Shown here one piece after another: positions 27,301 through 34,608 of a DNA stretch of 64,000 nt (positions within the stretch are counted from its first letter, which is position 1; each line of letters starts with the position of its first letter). The stretch comes from Phycisphaerae bacterium (GTDB taxonomy: Bacteria; Planctomycetota; Phycisphaerae; Sedimentisphaerales; Anaerohalosphaeraceae), in contig JADHXS010000001.1 of assembly GCA_016782835.1 (NCBI GenBank), positions 8,313 through 72,312 of the forward strand, given 5' to 3'. The position numbers and the translations under genes were made by a program. The notes beneath the pieces were generated by a model, which saw nothing but the letters and a program-made list of their open reading frames with translations, was not told the origin of the DNA and searched no databases.

Positions 27301-28139
27301 AAACAATAGACAGCATATTGTACAAAATGACAAGAGATCCTGATTTCTTTTTAAAGAATAGAAAAGAATTTGCTCAGGGCATTGTTTTCCCCCAAGATTA
27401 TTTGAATAAAAGTAACGCCATAAAATTGGGAAATAAATTCGATATCGGAAAAGGTATATTTGCTTTATCAAACCACGAACTTGAGGATATGGGCCTCTCT
27501 ATTAGAGAAAAAGAAGATTTAATCCGGCCTTACTATACCAGCCAACAACTCCATAAATATTGGGCGGAAGAAGAAAATCAAGAGTGGATTATTTATACTA
27601 CATCTGAATTTAAAAAACCGGAAAAAATGAAATCTTATCCTAACCTGCAGGAGCATTTAGACCAGTTTGTTTCTGTGATTACTTCCGACAATAAACCCTA
27701 TGGATTACATCGTGCCAGAGATGAGAAATTTTTTAACGGCGAAAAAATTATAACTATACGCAAAAGTCCGGATGAGCCTGTTTTTACTTATACTGATTTT
27801 CCGTGTTATGTTTCGGCAGCTTTTTATGTGATTAAGACAGACAAAGTAAATTTGAAGTACCTTACTGCTTTACTCAATAGCAGACTTATAAAATTTTGGT
27901 TAAACTATAAAGGTAAAAAGCAGGGTACCAATTTTCAAGTTGACGCAGAACCCTTGTCACAAATTCCTTTGAAAAAAATCTCTCTAAAAGAACAAGAACC
28001 TTTTATTGAATTAGTGGATAATATTTTAACCGAAAGAAAAAGAGACCCCGAACTTGAGTGTGAAATTGACATGTTGGTTTATGAGTTGTACGGGTTGACG
28101 GCTGAGGAGAAAAAGATCGTGGATGAGGCGACGAAATAA
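24312..28139 (+). CDS. fused type IIG restriction endonuclease / N6-adenine DNA methyltransferase with C-terminal specificity region
   Basis: N-terminal PD-(D/E)xK candidate D78...E96-T-K98 (NDLVIHN...VSIETK). Motif I CDPAVGSGHFL precedes motif IV VIGNPPYIKE, the gamma-class order seen in Eco57I/MmeI-like enzymes. About 400-aa C-terminal region. Confidence 0.8.
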   Translation: MAKTKAAGQLTIKQSLNKSFRKLRPTRAEIETLRSGLVKMLAGVNLKESEEYHKNLIRDFFSKTAFVDYFINTKERNDLVIHNDKSPKSSVGVSIETKPPGNKTEMPTPHNLNKKAVQQLVLYFLRERIHNENKDVHHLIVTDLYKWFIFDGKDFEKHFYENPKLKKDFIHFEQKRMSSEKTEVFYKEIASPALEQVKRELKFVYFDIRDYEKYLENINDENDRQLIDLQKIFSAIHLLNLPFVNDSNTLNKQFYSELLHIIGLEEYREKGKKLIRRKENGKRDEDSLIEATISKLVSLDKLSRIKDIEQFGQSRDEQLFNISLELVITWINRVLFLKLLESQIVSYHENSRDYLFLNTEKVSEYDDLSTLFFDVLAREPKERRKTIQDKFANVPYLNSSLFEPTELEKDTIDISNLPDHTALPLYNRTVLKNSIGKLNTLEYLFRFLDAYDFSSEGKEAISEDNKTLINASVLGLIFEKINGYKDGSYFTPGFITMYMCRETVRRAIVEKFKEKRKDFTSDNFIDLVIYTQKAYEKETIEEYNNIVNSLKICDPAVGSGHFLVSALNEIIAIKAELGILVDETGKPLRDYAIDVENDELVVLDHHGEFFKYDTKGRQSQIVQKTLFHEKERIIELCLFGVDINPNSVKICRLRLWIELLKNAYYKENGELETLPNIDINIKCGNSLISFLLLDSNIRTIFDGDVNLRRYKDSVTLYKHALNKDVRDKMRHFIESVKKRLQASPIYESANLIELKKLTGKVNELLTPQMLYEESSEEKKAREKKLAIVKAKIEKLSFKVKKDELEKSKQTALEWRFEFPELLDANTTDFLGFDIVIGNPPYIKENDDKTVFDGLRKLEVYQGKMDIWYLFCGLGLDLLKDNGHLCFIATNNWVTNFGAKKLRNKIVHHSKLLKLIDFNNFMVFNEASIQTMILMLQKNHEEDNYSFDYRKVVDANNNFKHEDILCERNDVSMSNVTLLTPVFNREKMVDQFFTFANKTIDSILYKMTRDPDFFLKNRKEFAQGIVFPQDYLNKSNAIKLGNKFDIGKGIFALSNHELEDMGLSIREKEDLIRPYYTSQQLHKYWAEEENQEWIIYTTSEFKKPEKMKSYPNLQEHLDQFVSVITSDNKPYGLHRARDEKFFNGEKIITIRKSPDEPVFTYTDFPCYVSAAFYVIKTDKVNLKYLTALLNSRLIKFWLNYKGKKQGTNFQVDAEPLSQIPLKKISLKEQEPFIELVDNILTERKRDPELECEIDMLVYELYGLTAEEKKIVDEATK

Positions 28140-28204
28140 AAGGCGTTTTTTGTGGTGTTGTTTGAGATGAAAAAGGGGTTTTGAATGGAGCATCAAAGGA
28201 ACAA

Positions 28205-28699
28205 ATGAAATCAAATGAGAATAATTATGCTTTCATCGACAGCCAGAATTTGAATCTTTCGATTCGCAATCAGGGATGGACGCTTGATTTTGGCCGGTTC
28301 AGAAAATATTTAAATGATAAATACGGCGTTGTCAAAGCGTTTCTGTTTATCGGCTATGTGCCGACAAATCAAAATCTTTATACGGCGCTTCAGGAACAGG
28401 GCTTTATTCTGATTTTCAAACCGACACTTGTTTTCAAAGACGGGAGAGTCAAGGGCAACGTCGATGCGGAGCTTGTTCTCCACGCGATGATTGAATTCCC
28501 AAATTATACCAAAGCAGTTATTGTATCTGGGGATGGGGATTTTCACTGTCTGATCAAACATCTCAAGACAAAAAGAAAGTTGAAGAAACTCATCATCCCG
28601 AATCGCTCAAAATTTTCATCGCTTCTCAGGGAATTTCTGACGGAAGACGTGGATTTCATGAATAATCTAAAAGGGAAGCTTGGCTATAAAGCCCAATAA
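28205..28699 (+). CDS. NYN (LabA-like, PIN-related) nuclease domain protein
   Basis: YAFIDSQNLNL, VDAELV and VSGDGDF acidic motifs. ATG 28205 follows AAGGA. Confidence 0.75.
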   Translation: MKSNENNYAFIDSQNLNLSIRNQGWTLDFGRFRKYLNDKYGVVKAFLFIGYVPTNQNLYTALQEQGFILIFKPTLVFKDGRVKGNVDAELVLHAMIEFPNYTKAVIVSGDGDFHCLIKHLKTKRKLKKLIIPNRSKFSSLLREFLTEDVDFMNNLKGKLGYKAQ

Positions 28700-29184
28700 A
28701 AAAGAGAGGCATCGCCTCAGGGACGGAACCCTTCGGAAAACCTCTCATCGTGATTCTACTATAGTATCGCTTTATTTGCCCTCCAGTTCAAGCATATTTT
28801 CTATATTTCTATATGCGACATACAAGATATGGATGGGCCAGATTTAATTATACATTGATTAACTGCATAAAGACCCATAAAATCACTGAAGATGTATAAT
28901 ATTGGTGTTAATTCGTGTCAAAGTATTAAACAAAATAAAAGCGATTTATCGACATAAAACCTCCGGCGACATCTTCGCCATCGAAACCGACCCGGCCCAA
29001 CAGCCCTAACTAAAAATGTTCGAAACTCTTAGGAATCGCCCGGCGTCAAGCCGGCTGGATAAGTTCGGTGGGGTAGCGCATAAACGTGTTTAGAGCATAG
29101 CCCGCCGGACTTAGCCGGTGAGCAGACCAAAAGGCGGCGGCTTCGGCGGATCTTATGAACAAATCGAAAAATAAACAAAACTAT

Positions 29185-29212
29185 TTGACATTTATCTAAC
29201 TTTTGCTATAAT
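29185..29212 (+). promoter_or_regulatory. consensus sigma-70 promoter TTGACA-16-TATAAT
   Basis: 12/12 hexamer positions (29185-29190, 29207-29212). Confidence 0.6.
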
Positions 29213-29320
29213 GTCCTCATTGGCGGTTAACCCGCCCGCTGAAGTCTAAGGACTAAAGCGGCTGACAACTAAACAAGAGAGCGAAACCCCATCGCCCGAC
29301 CAAAAAGCCCCCCTCAAGCT

Positions 29321-29350
29321 GTCATCCCGGCCCCCCGAGCCGGGATCCAG
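29321..29350. repeat. REP-like hairpin GTCATCCCGGCCCCCCGAGCCGGGATCCAG
   Basis: Same element as the reverse complement of 12116-12144, apart from the loop. Confidence 0.75.
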
Positions 29351-29414
29351 AATTAAAATAGCCATCTGGAAGATGTCCACATTCTGGTAGCAGAGTTCCG
29401 AGTTCTGTATTCTC

Positions 29415-29447
29415 AAAGCCAAAGGGGCCTTGCCCCGAAGGCTTTTT
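29415..29447 (+). terminator. intrinsic terminator AAAGCC-AAA-GGGG-CCTTG-CCCC-GAA-GGCTTT+TT
   Basis: Nested stems 29415-29420/29440-29445 and 29424-29427/29433-29436. T-run 29443-29447. Confidence 0.55.
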
Positions 29448-29613
29448 ATGACAAACGAACCCATTTTCAAAATCCATAAAATAACCCTAAGGGCTTTCCC
29501 CACAAGTGTTTACTGACAACCGTTGACTGTTCACTGACCAAAAAACGAACCCAAACGAACCCAATTTCCCCGAGGACTGAGAACGGGAGACACCAGAACG
29601 GTTTTTTCAAATA

Positions 29614-29642
29614 TTGACATTTTGTCCCGTTCTGCGTAAGAT
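29614..29642 (+). promoter_or_regulatory. possible ribE promoter TTGACA-17-TAAGAT
   Basis: Hexamers at 29614-29619 and 29637-29642. CAGAACGG / CCGTTCTG inverted repeat flanks the -35. Confidence 0.35.
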
Positions 29643-29694
29643 TTTGTAAATATTGAATATAGAGCGATTTGTTGAAAATACGGAGTGAATACGT

Positions 29695-30336
29695 ATGTTT
29701 ACCGGGATTATTGAAACCGTCGGAACCGTGCGGCAGGTATTACCAAAGGGTAGTCAAATGCGGCTTGTGATCGATATCAACCGCATTGCCGAAGGCACCG
29801 CACTCGGTGACAGCATCGCCGTCAGCGGCGTATGTCTAACCGTCTGCAAACTGGCCGGAACCGAGGCAACGTTTGACGTCAGCGGCGAAACAATAGCTAA
29901 GTCCGGCCTGAAAACGCTCAAAGCCGGAGCCAAGGTCAATCTCGAACGCGCCATGAGCGCCGACGGCCGCTTCGGCGGACATATCGTCCAAGGCCATGTG
30001 GACGGCGTTGGACGCATCACCGCAATCCGCAAACAATCTGACTTTGCCGTGTTTCGTATTGAGGCATCCGCCGACCTGCTGGACCAGATGGTTTCAAAAG
30101 GCTCCGTCGCTGTTGATGGCATCAGCCTGACCGTTGCCAAACTCGACACCACCGGCTTTGAAATCGCTATCATCCCCACCACCCTGCAGGAAACAACCTG
30201 GCAATATGCCAAAATCGGCGACACGGTCAACATTGAAACAGATATCCTCATTAAAGCCGTCAAAAAACAACTTGAAAAAATCCTCCCCACAGAAGGCGGC
30301 TTGACACCAGACAAGCTGAAAGAGCACGGCTTCTAA
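29695..30336 (+). CDS. ribE: riboflavin synthase
   Basis: MFTGIIE start and internal duplication (VSGVCLTV / VDGISLTV). Confidence 0.9.
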   Translation: MFTGIIETVGTVRQVLPKGSQMRLVIDINRIAEGTALGDSIAVSGVCLTVCKLAGTEATFDVSGETIAKSGLKTLKAGAKVNLERAMSADGRFGGHIVQGHVDGVGRITAIRKQSDFAVFRIEASADLLDQMVSKGSVAVDGISLTVAKLDTTGFEIAIIPTTLQETTWQYAKIGDTVNIETDILIKAVKKQLEKILPTEGGLTPDKLKEHGF

Positions 30337-31845
30337 ATGGAATTGTCATATAATAAAATCACCATCTTTTTAATCCTGTTGGTTTTGCTGTTGGTTTTGG
30401 CATTTAGTTTTCAGGGTATTCGCGGCGTCTGGGATCCGGACGAGGGCTATTACATCGGCACGGCAATTTCAATGGAGGCCCAAAAAAATTACCTGGTGCC
30501 GATACTGGGCGAAGAGGAGATTTTTTTAGATAAGCCGCCCGTTCTTTATTGGGGCATTTTAGGCGGGTTTAAACTATTCGGGCATAGTGAATCTGCGGCG
30601 CGGTTTTTTACAGGGCTGTGTTTTGGATTGACTGCGATGGTTGTTTTGGCGCTGGAGTTTTCGATGTCCGGCCGGCTTGACAAGGCCTTCTGGGCCGCGG
30701 TGATGTATGCGACCATGATTATTCCTTTTATCGCCGCCGATTTTGTCACGCCCGATACACCGCTGACGTTGTTTACCACGTTATCAATGTTGTGCTTCTG
30801 GCAGAGCATTCGGCCGAACGGAACAAAGACAGGCCTCTGGATTGTGTTATTGGCGATAGCGGTCGGTCTTGGATTTCTAACCAAAGGGCCGGCAGCGTTG
30901 ATTCCCTGTGGCGCCATGTTTGTCTATCTGCTGATACAAAAGCAGATGAAGCGATTCTTTCTGAATCCGTGGATCGTTGCGGCGGCGATGATGTTTGCGG
31001 CCGTGGGTTTGAGCTGGTACATCTATATCTCATGGAAATTACCTGACGCCGGCGCCTATTTTTTCGATAACATGATTTGGGGACGCTTGGTTTCCGGCAA
31101 ATATCAACGTAATCCCGGGGCTGTCGGCGCATTGATTTACCTGCCTGTAATTCTGCTGGGGACGATGCCGTGGAGCGTGCTTTGGTACGGCAACAATCGG
31201 GGCTTGCGAGCGTTTTTACATGGCCGGACATGGAAAGAGGTCTTTGCGAACCCTTCGAAAACCCTGTTGGCTTGCTGGATTTTGATTCCGCTGATTGTGC
31301 TTTGTGCGGCCAGTTCAAAATTGGGTTTTTATGCCCTGCCGATATTTCCCGCGTTGGCGCTGGCGACCGTTCGATTATTCTCCTGTCCCGAAAATCGGGA
31401 ATCAACCATTGCAACATTGCAGCCGCCAAAATCCCCTTTTGTCTTAACGTGGGTCGTCGCCCTGTTGTTGGCCCGGCTGATTCTCGGCGCTATCCCTTCG
31501 TCGCATGACTGCCGGACACTCTGGCATGAACTGAAGCCTTATTTGCCCGACGGGCAATACGAAATTGTAACGGTTGACGAACGGGCCAGCGGCCTGTGGT
31601 TCTACGGCGCCCGGGAAGTGGAAAATATTACCCGCCGCCCCACTCCCTATCCGACATTTATTCCGACGGAAAATCTCGAAAACGAGATAGGCGACATGGC
31701 GCAGGATGACTATCCGCATTTGTTTCTCATTCAGGGGAAAAAACATCTGCCGTCAATCAAAAACGTCCTATCCGAAACCGGATGGGATATAAAAGAAATC
31801 TCTCTGAAATACAACCGGTGGCTGTTAATCTGTGAGCCGCAGTAG
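30337..31845 (+). CDS. ArnT/PMT-like family-39/83 glycosyltransferase (GT-C)
   Basis: WDPDEGYY...DKPPVLYW motif and more than 10 TM segments. The ATG abuts the ribE stop. Confidence 0.7.
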   Translation: MELSYNKITIFLILLVLLLVLAFSFQGIRGVWDPDEGYYIGTAISMEAQKNYLVPILGEEEIFLDKPPVLYWGILGGFKLFGHSESAARFFTGLCFGLTAMVVLALEFSMSGRLDKAFWAAVMYATMIIPFIAADFVTPDTPLTLFTTLSMLCFWQSIRPNGTKTGLWIVLLAIAVGLGFLTKGPAALIPCGAMFVYLLIQKQMKRFFLNPWIVAAAMMFAAVGLSWYIYISWKLPDAGAYFFDNMIWGRLVSGKYQRNPGAVGALIYLPVILLGTMPWSVLWYGNNRGLRAFLHGRTWKEVFANPSKTLLACWILIPLIVLCAASSKLGFYALPIFPALALATVRLFSCPENRESTIATLQPPKSPFVLTWVVALLLARLILGAIPSSHDCRTLWHELKPYLPDGQYEIVTVDERASGLWFYGAREVENITRRPTPYPTFIPTENLENEIGDMAQDDYPHLFLIQGKKHLPSIKNVLSETGWDIKEISLKYNRWLLICEPQ

Positions 31846-31975
31846 ATTTTGCCGCCTCCGACGGAGCCTGTTACTTTTTCATTTGAGATATATCCCCAAA
31901 AGGGTATGATAGATAAATCGGATAAGAAGAAAAGTTTTCCGAAATGCCATAATTCGAATATAAAGGTCGTAAGTA

Positions 31976-32575
31976 ATGTATCAACATGTTCGATTATATA
32001 TAACTCGTGGTTTTGTTGGATTGTTAATCGTTTTGCTGCTGATTTCCGGCAGCAAATGGGAAACAGAGTCTCCGATGGTCAGCGCGGTTTTGTTTCTGGC
32101 AGGCTGTGTTCTCGTCGGGGTTGCCTCGCTGGGTCGTCTTTGGTGTTCCTTATATGTCGCCGGCTACAAGACAAAACATCTGGTGACCGTCGGTCCGTAT
32201 TCGGTCTGCCGGAACCCCCTGTATTTTTTTAGTATGGTGGGAGGCCTGGGTGTAGGCTTGGTCACAGAAACGTTCACCATCCCGGCTATGATTTTGGTTG
32301 CGTTTGCTCTCTATTATCCATTTGTAATTCGATTTGAGGAAAACAAATTAAAAACCCTTTATGGAGAAGAATTCAAAACCTATTTTCAAACGGTCCCGCG
32401 ATTTTGGCCAAAGTGGTCATTGTTAAGTGAGCCAAATGAGTATGTGGTAACACCCAAAACATTCAGAAAGCATATTTTCAGCGCGTTATGGTTTATTTGG
32501 ATGATTGGGATTCTGGAATTGATCGAGATGTTTCGGGAACTGAATCTTCTGTCTACTTCTTTCTCAATTTACTGA
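31976..32575 (+). CDS. isoprenylcysteine carboxyl / phospholipid methyltransferase-family membrane protein
   Basis: VTVGPYSVCRNPLYFF motif; polytopic. Confidence 0.6.
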   Translation: MYQHVRLYITRGFVGLLIVLLLISGSKWETESPMVSAVLFLAGCVLVGVASLGRLWCSLYVAGYKTKHLVTVGPYSVCRNPLYFFSMVGGLGVGLVTETFTIPAMILVAFALYYPFVIRFEENKLKTLYGEEFKTYFQTVPRFWPKWSLLSEPNEYVVTPKTFRKHIFSALWFIWMIGILELIEMFRELNLLSTSFSIY

Positions 32576-32609
32576 AACAGAAAGTATATTATCGTGAATC
32601 GTAATTGTT

Positions 32610-33665
32610 ATGAATGGCAATATTAACAATCTGATAGGCAACGAGCTTGTCATTGGTATCACGATGGGCGATGCCGGGGGCATCGGCCCGGAGATTGTCG
32701 TCAAGGCACTGGCCGATCCGGCCATCCGGCGGCTGGCGAAGTTCATCATTTTCGGGCTGGATGAACAGCTTGAATATGCCGCCGACCAAATCGAAATAAA
32801 CCCGTTCTGGCTGAGGCACCCGCATGAGAAACTGAGCCGGGATTACCCCCGACAGGTCGTGGTGGCCGATTATGACGAGTACCCTGTTCCGGCCGGCATT
32901 CACGCACCCAATCGCATTGCGGGGGAGGCTTCCATGCGATTTTGCACAGACGCTATCGATGCGGCACTGACGGGCATCATTGACGCGGTCGTCACCGCCC
33001 CCATCAGCAAAACCAGTTGGCACATGGCGGGCAGTCCCTGGCCGGGGCATACGGAAATGCTGGCGGCACAATGCAAGTCGCCGCGTAAGGTGATGATGTT
33101 TGTCGCCGGGCCGCTGAAACTGGCGCTGGCGACGATTCATGAAGGCCTGTTCGAGCTTCGACACAAATTTACCATTGGCCGCGTTTTTGAGCCGATTGAT
33201 TTATTGAATTCAGCGTTAAAGGATTATTTCGAGATTAAAAAGCCTCGCATCGCCGTGGCGGGTCTGAATCCCCACGCCGGCGAAGACGGCCAGTTCGGCG
33301 ATGAGGAAAAACGCATCATCAGTCCGGCAATTTTACTGGCACAGGAAGTCGGCATTGATGCCCAAGGACCTTACCCGGCTGATACGCTGTTTTATCATGC
33401 CGCACAGGGACACTATGACGGCGTGGTCGCCATGTATCATGACCAGGGCTTGATTCCGATTAAAATGGTGGCGTTTGACCGGGCGGTCAATGTGACCATC
33501 GGCCTGCCGATTATTCGGACCTCGCCGGGGCACGGAACAGCCTTTGACATTGCGGGCAAAGGCATCGCCAACGAAAACTGTATGAAAGAAGCCATACGTG
33601 TTGCCGTGCAGATGGCGAAAGCAAAGAAAATGAAACCACAGGTTACACAGGTTACACAGAAATAA
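32610..33665 (+). CDS. pdxA: 4-hydroxythreonine-4-phosphate dehydrogenase
   Basis: ITMGDAGGIGPEI, HTEML, and GLNPHAGE motifs. Confidence 0.85.
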   Translation: MNGNINNLIGNELVIGITMGDAGGIGPEIVVKALADPAIRRLAKFIIFGLDEQLEYAADQIEINPFWLRHPHEKLSRDYPRQVVVADYDEYPVPAGIHAPNRIAGEASMRFCTDAIDAALTGIIDAVVTAPISKTSWHMAGSPWPGHTEMLAAQCKSPRKVMMFVAGPLKLALATIHEGLFELRHKFTIGRVFEPIDLLNSALKDYFEIKKPRIAVAGLNPHAGEDGQFGDEEKRIISPAILLAQEVGIDAQGPYPADTLFYHAAQGHYDGVVAMYHDQGLIPIKMVAFDRAVNVTIGLPIIRTSPGHGTAFDIAGKGIANENCMKEAIRVAVQMAKAKKMKPQVTQVTQK

Positions 33666-33718
33666 ATATAAATCCCGGAAATCCGTGTAATCGGCGGTTT
33701 CAAAATATTGGATTTAAA

Positions 33719-34603
33719 ATGCAGACCAAACAGGACATTGAGAAACTGCTGGCAGGCGCCGGCACAACTCCAAACCATCGACTTGGTCAGAATTTTCTGA
33801 TTGACCTGAACCTGATGCGCCTACTGCTCGACACCGCCGGCATCCATGAGCAGGATGTCGTGCTGGAAGTCGGTACCGGCACCGGCTCATTCACCGAGAG
33901 CATCGCTGAACGGTGCGGCCAGGTGATTACCGTCGAATACGATGACTCGCTGTACGCCATCGCCAAAAAACAGCTTGAAAAGTTTGACAACATCGTTCAG
34001 TTCAACATGGACGTACTGGAAAATAAAAACATGATTCATCAGGAAATTCTGGACGCCGTGCAGCAGGCCCGTCAAGCCTGCGCCGGACGGTTTCTGCTGG
34101 TGGCGAATCTGCCGTACAATGTCGGCTCATGCGTGATGGCCAACCTGATTACTGGCCCCGTCACGGCCGATGCCATGTATGTCACCGTGCAAAAAGAAGT
34201 CGCCGACCGCATGGCGGCAAGCCCCAATCATGATGACTACGGCACGCTCAGCATTCTCATGTCCGCAACGGGCAATGTCCATTTTCTGCGAAAGCTGCCC
34301 CCATCCGTTTTCTGGCCAAGGCCCCAGGTGGAATCCGCTATGGTCAGTTATGAACGAAATCCCGTCAAGCTCGCGGAGATTCATAACATGCAGACATTCC
34401 GCGAAGTCATCGCCCTGTTTATGGGCCACCGCCGAAAAATGCTCAAGGCCTGTGTGAAGTTTACACAGGACCGTTTGGAAAACGTACGCCACTGGAACGA
34501 CGTTTTCGACGAAGCCTTCGTGGATTCGCATAAACGCCCCGAAGAAATCACCTCGATTCAATACATCGCCATCGCCAACCTCTGCTATGAGCAGATACGG
34601 TAA
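33719..34603 (+). CDS. rsmA: 16S rRNA (adenine1518/1519-N6)-dimethyltransferase
   Basis: LGQNFLID, EVGTGTGSFT, NLPYNV. pdxA-ksgA synteny. Confidence 0.85.
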   Translation: MQTKQDIEKLLAGAGTTPNHRLGQNFLIDLNLMRLLLDTAGIHEQDVVLEVGTGTGSFTESIAERCGQVITVEYDDSLYAIAKKQLEKFDNIVQFNMDVLENKNMIHQEILDAVQQARQACAGRFLLVANLPYNVGSCVMANLITGPVTADAMYVTVQKEVADRMAASPNHDDYGTLSILMSATGNVHFLRKLPPSVFWPRPQVESAMVSYERNPVKLAEIHNMQTFREVIALFMGHRRKMLKACVKFTQDRLENVRHWNDVFDEAFVDSHKRPEEITSIQYIAIANLCYEQIR

Positions 34604-34608
34604 CGTCT

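Larger units (their letters stand above)
24170..28700. other. AT-rich accessory islet (no integrase or tRNA seen)
   Basis: Hand counts: 21/60 G+C at 26881-26940, versus 27/60 at 23581-23640 and 35/60 at 29821-29880. Confidence 0.6.
29219..29447 (+). ncRNA. candidate orphan small RNA (about 230 nt) between the consensus promoter and a terminator
   Basis: No ORF longer than 9 codons. Local hairpins GTCCT...AGGAC, GGCGG/CCGCC and the REP-like hairpin 29321-29350. Confidence 0.3.

Noticed and set aside
29450-29694. An FMN (RFN) riboswitch might be expected upstream of ribE.
   Set aside because: None of the conserved RFN strings (for example GGGTGAAATTCCC...CCGGCGGT, AGTCTGGATGGGAGA-type) is present between 29219 and 29694. 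The hairpins there belong to local repeat families.
28700-29694. A tRNA/tmRNA gene or att site might mark the right border of the islet.
   Set aside because: There is no T-arm (GGTTCGAATCC-like) or acceptor pattern, and no tmRNA ends. The only sequence shared with the left border is an 8-mer (TAATATTG), which is not significant.
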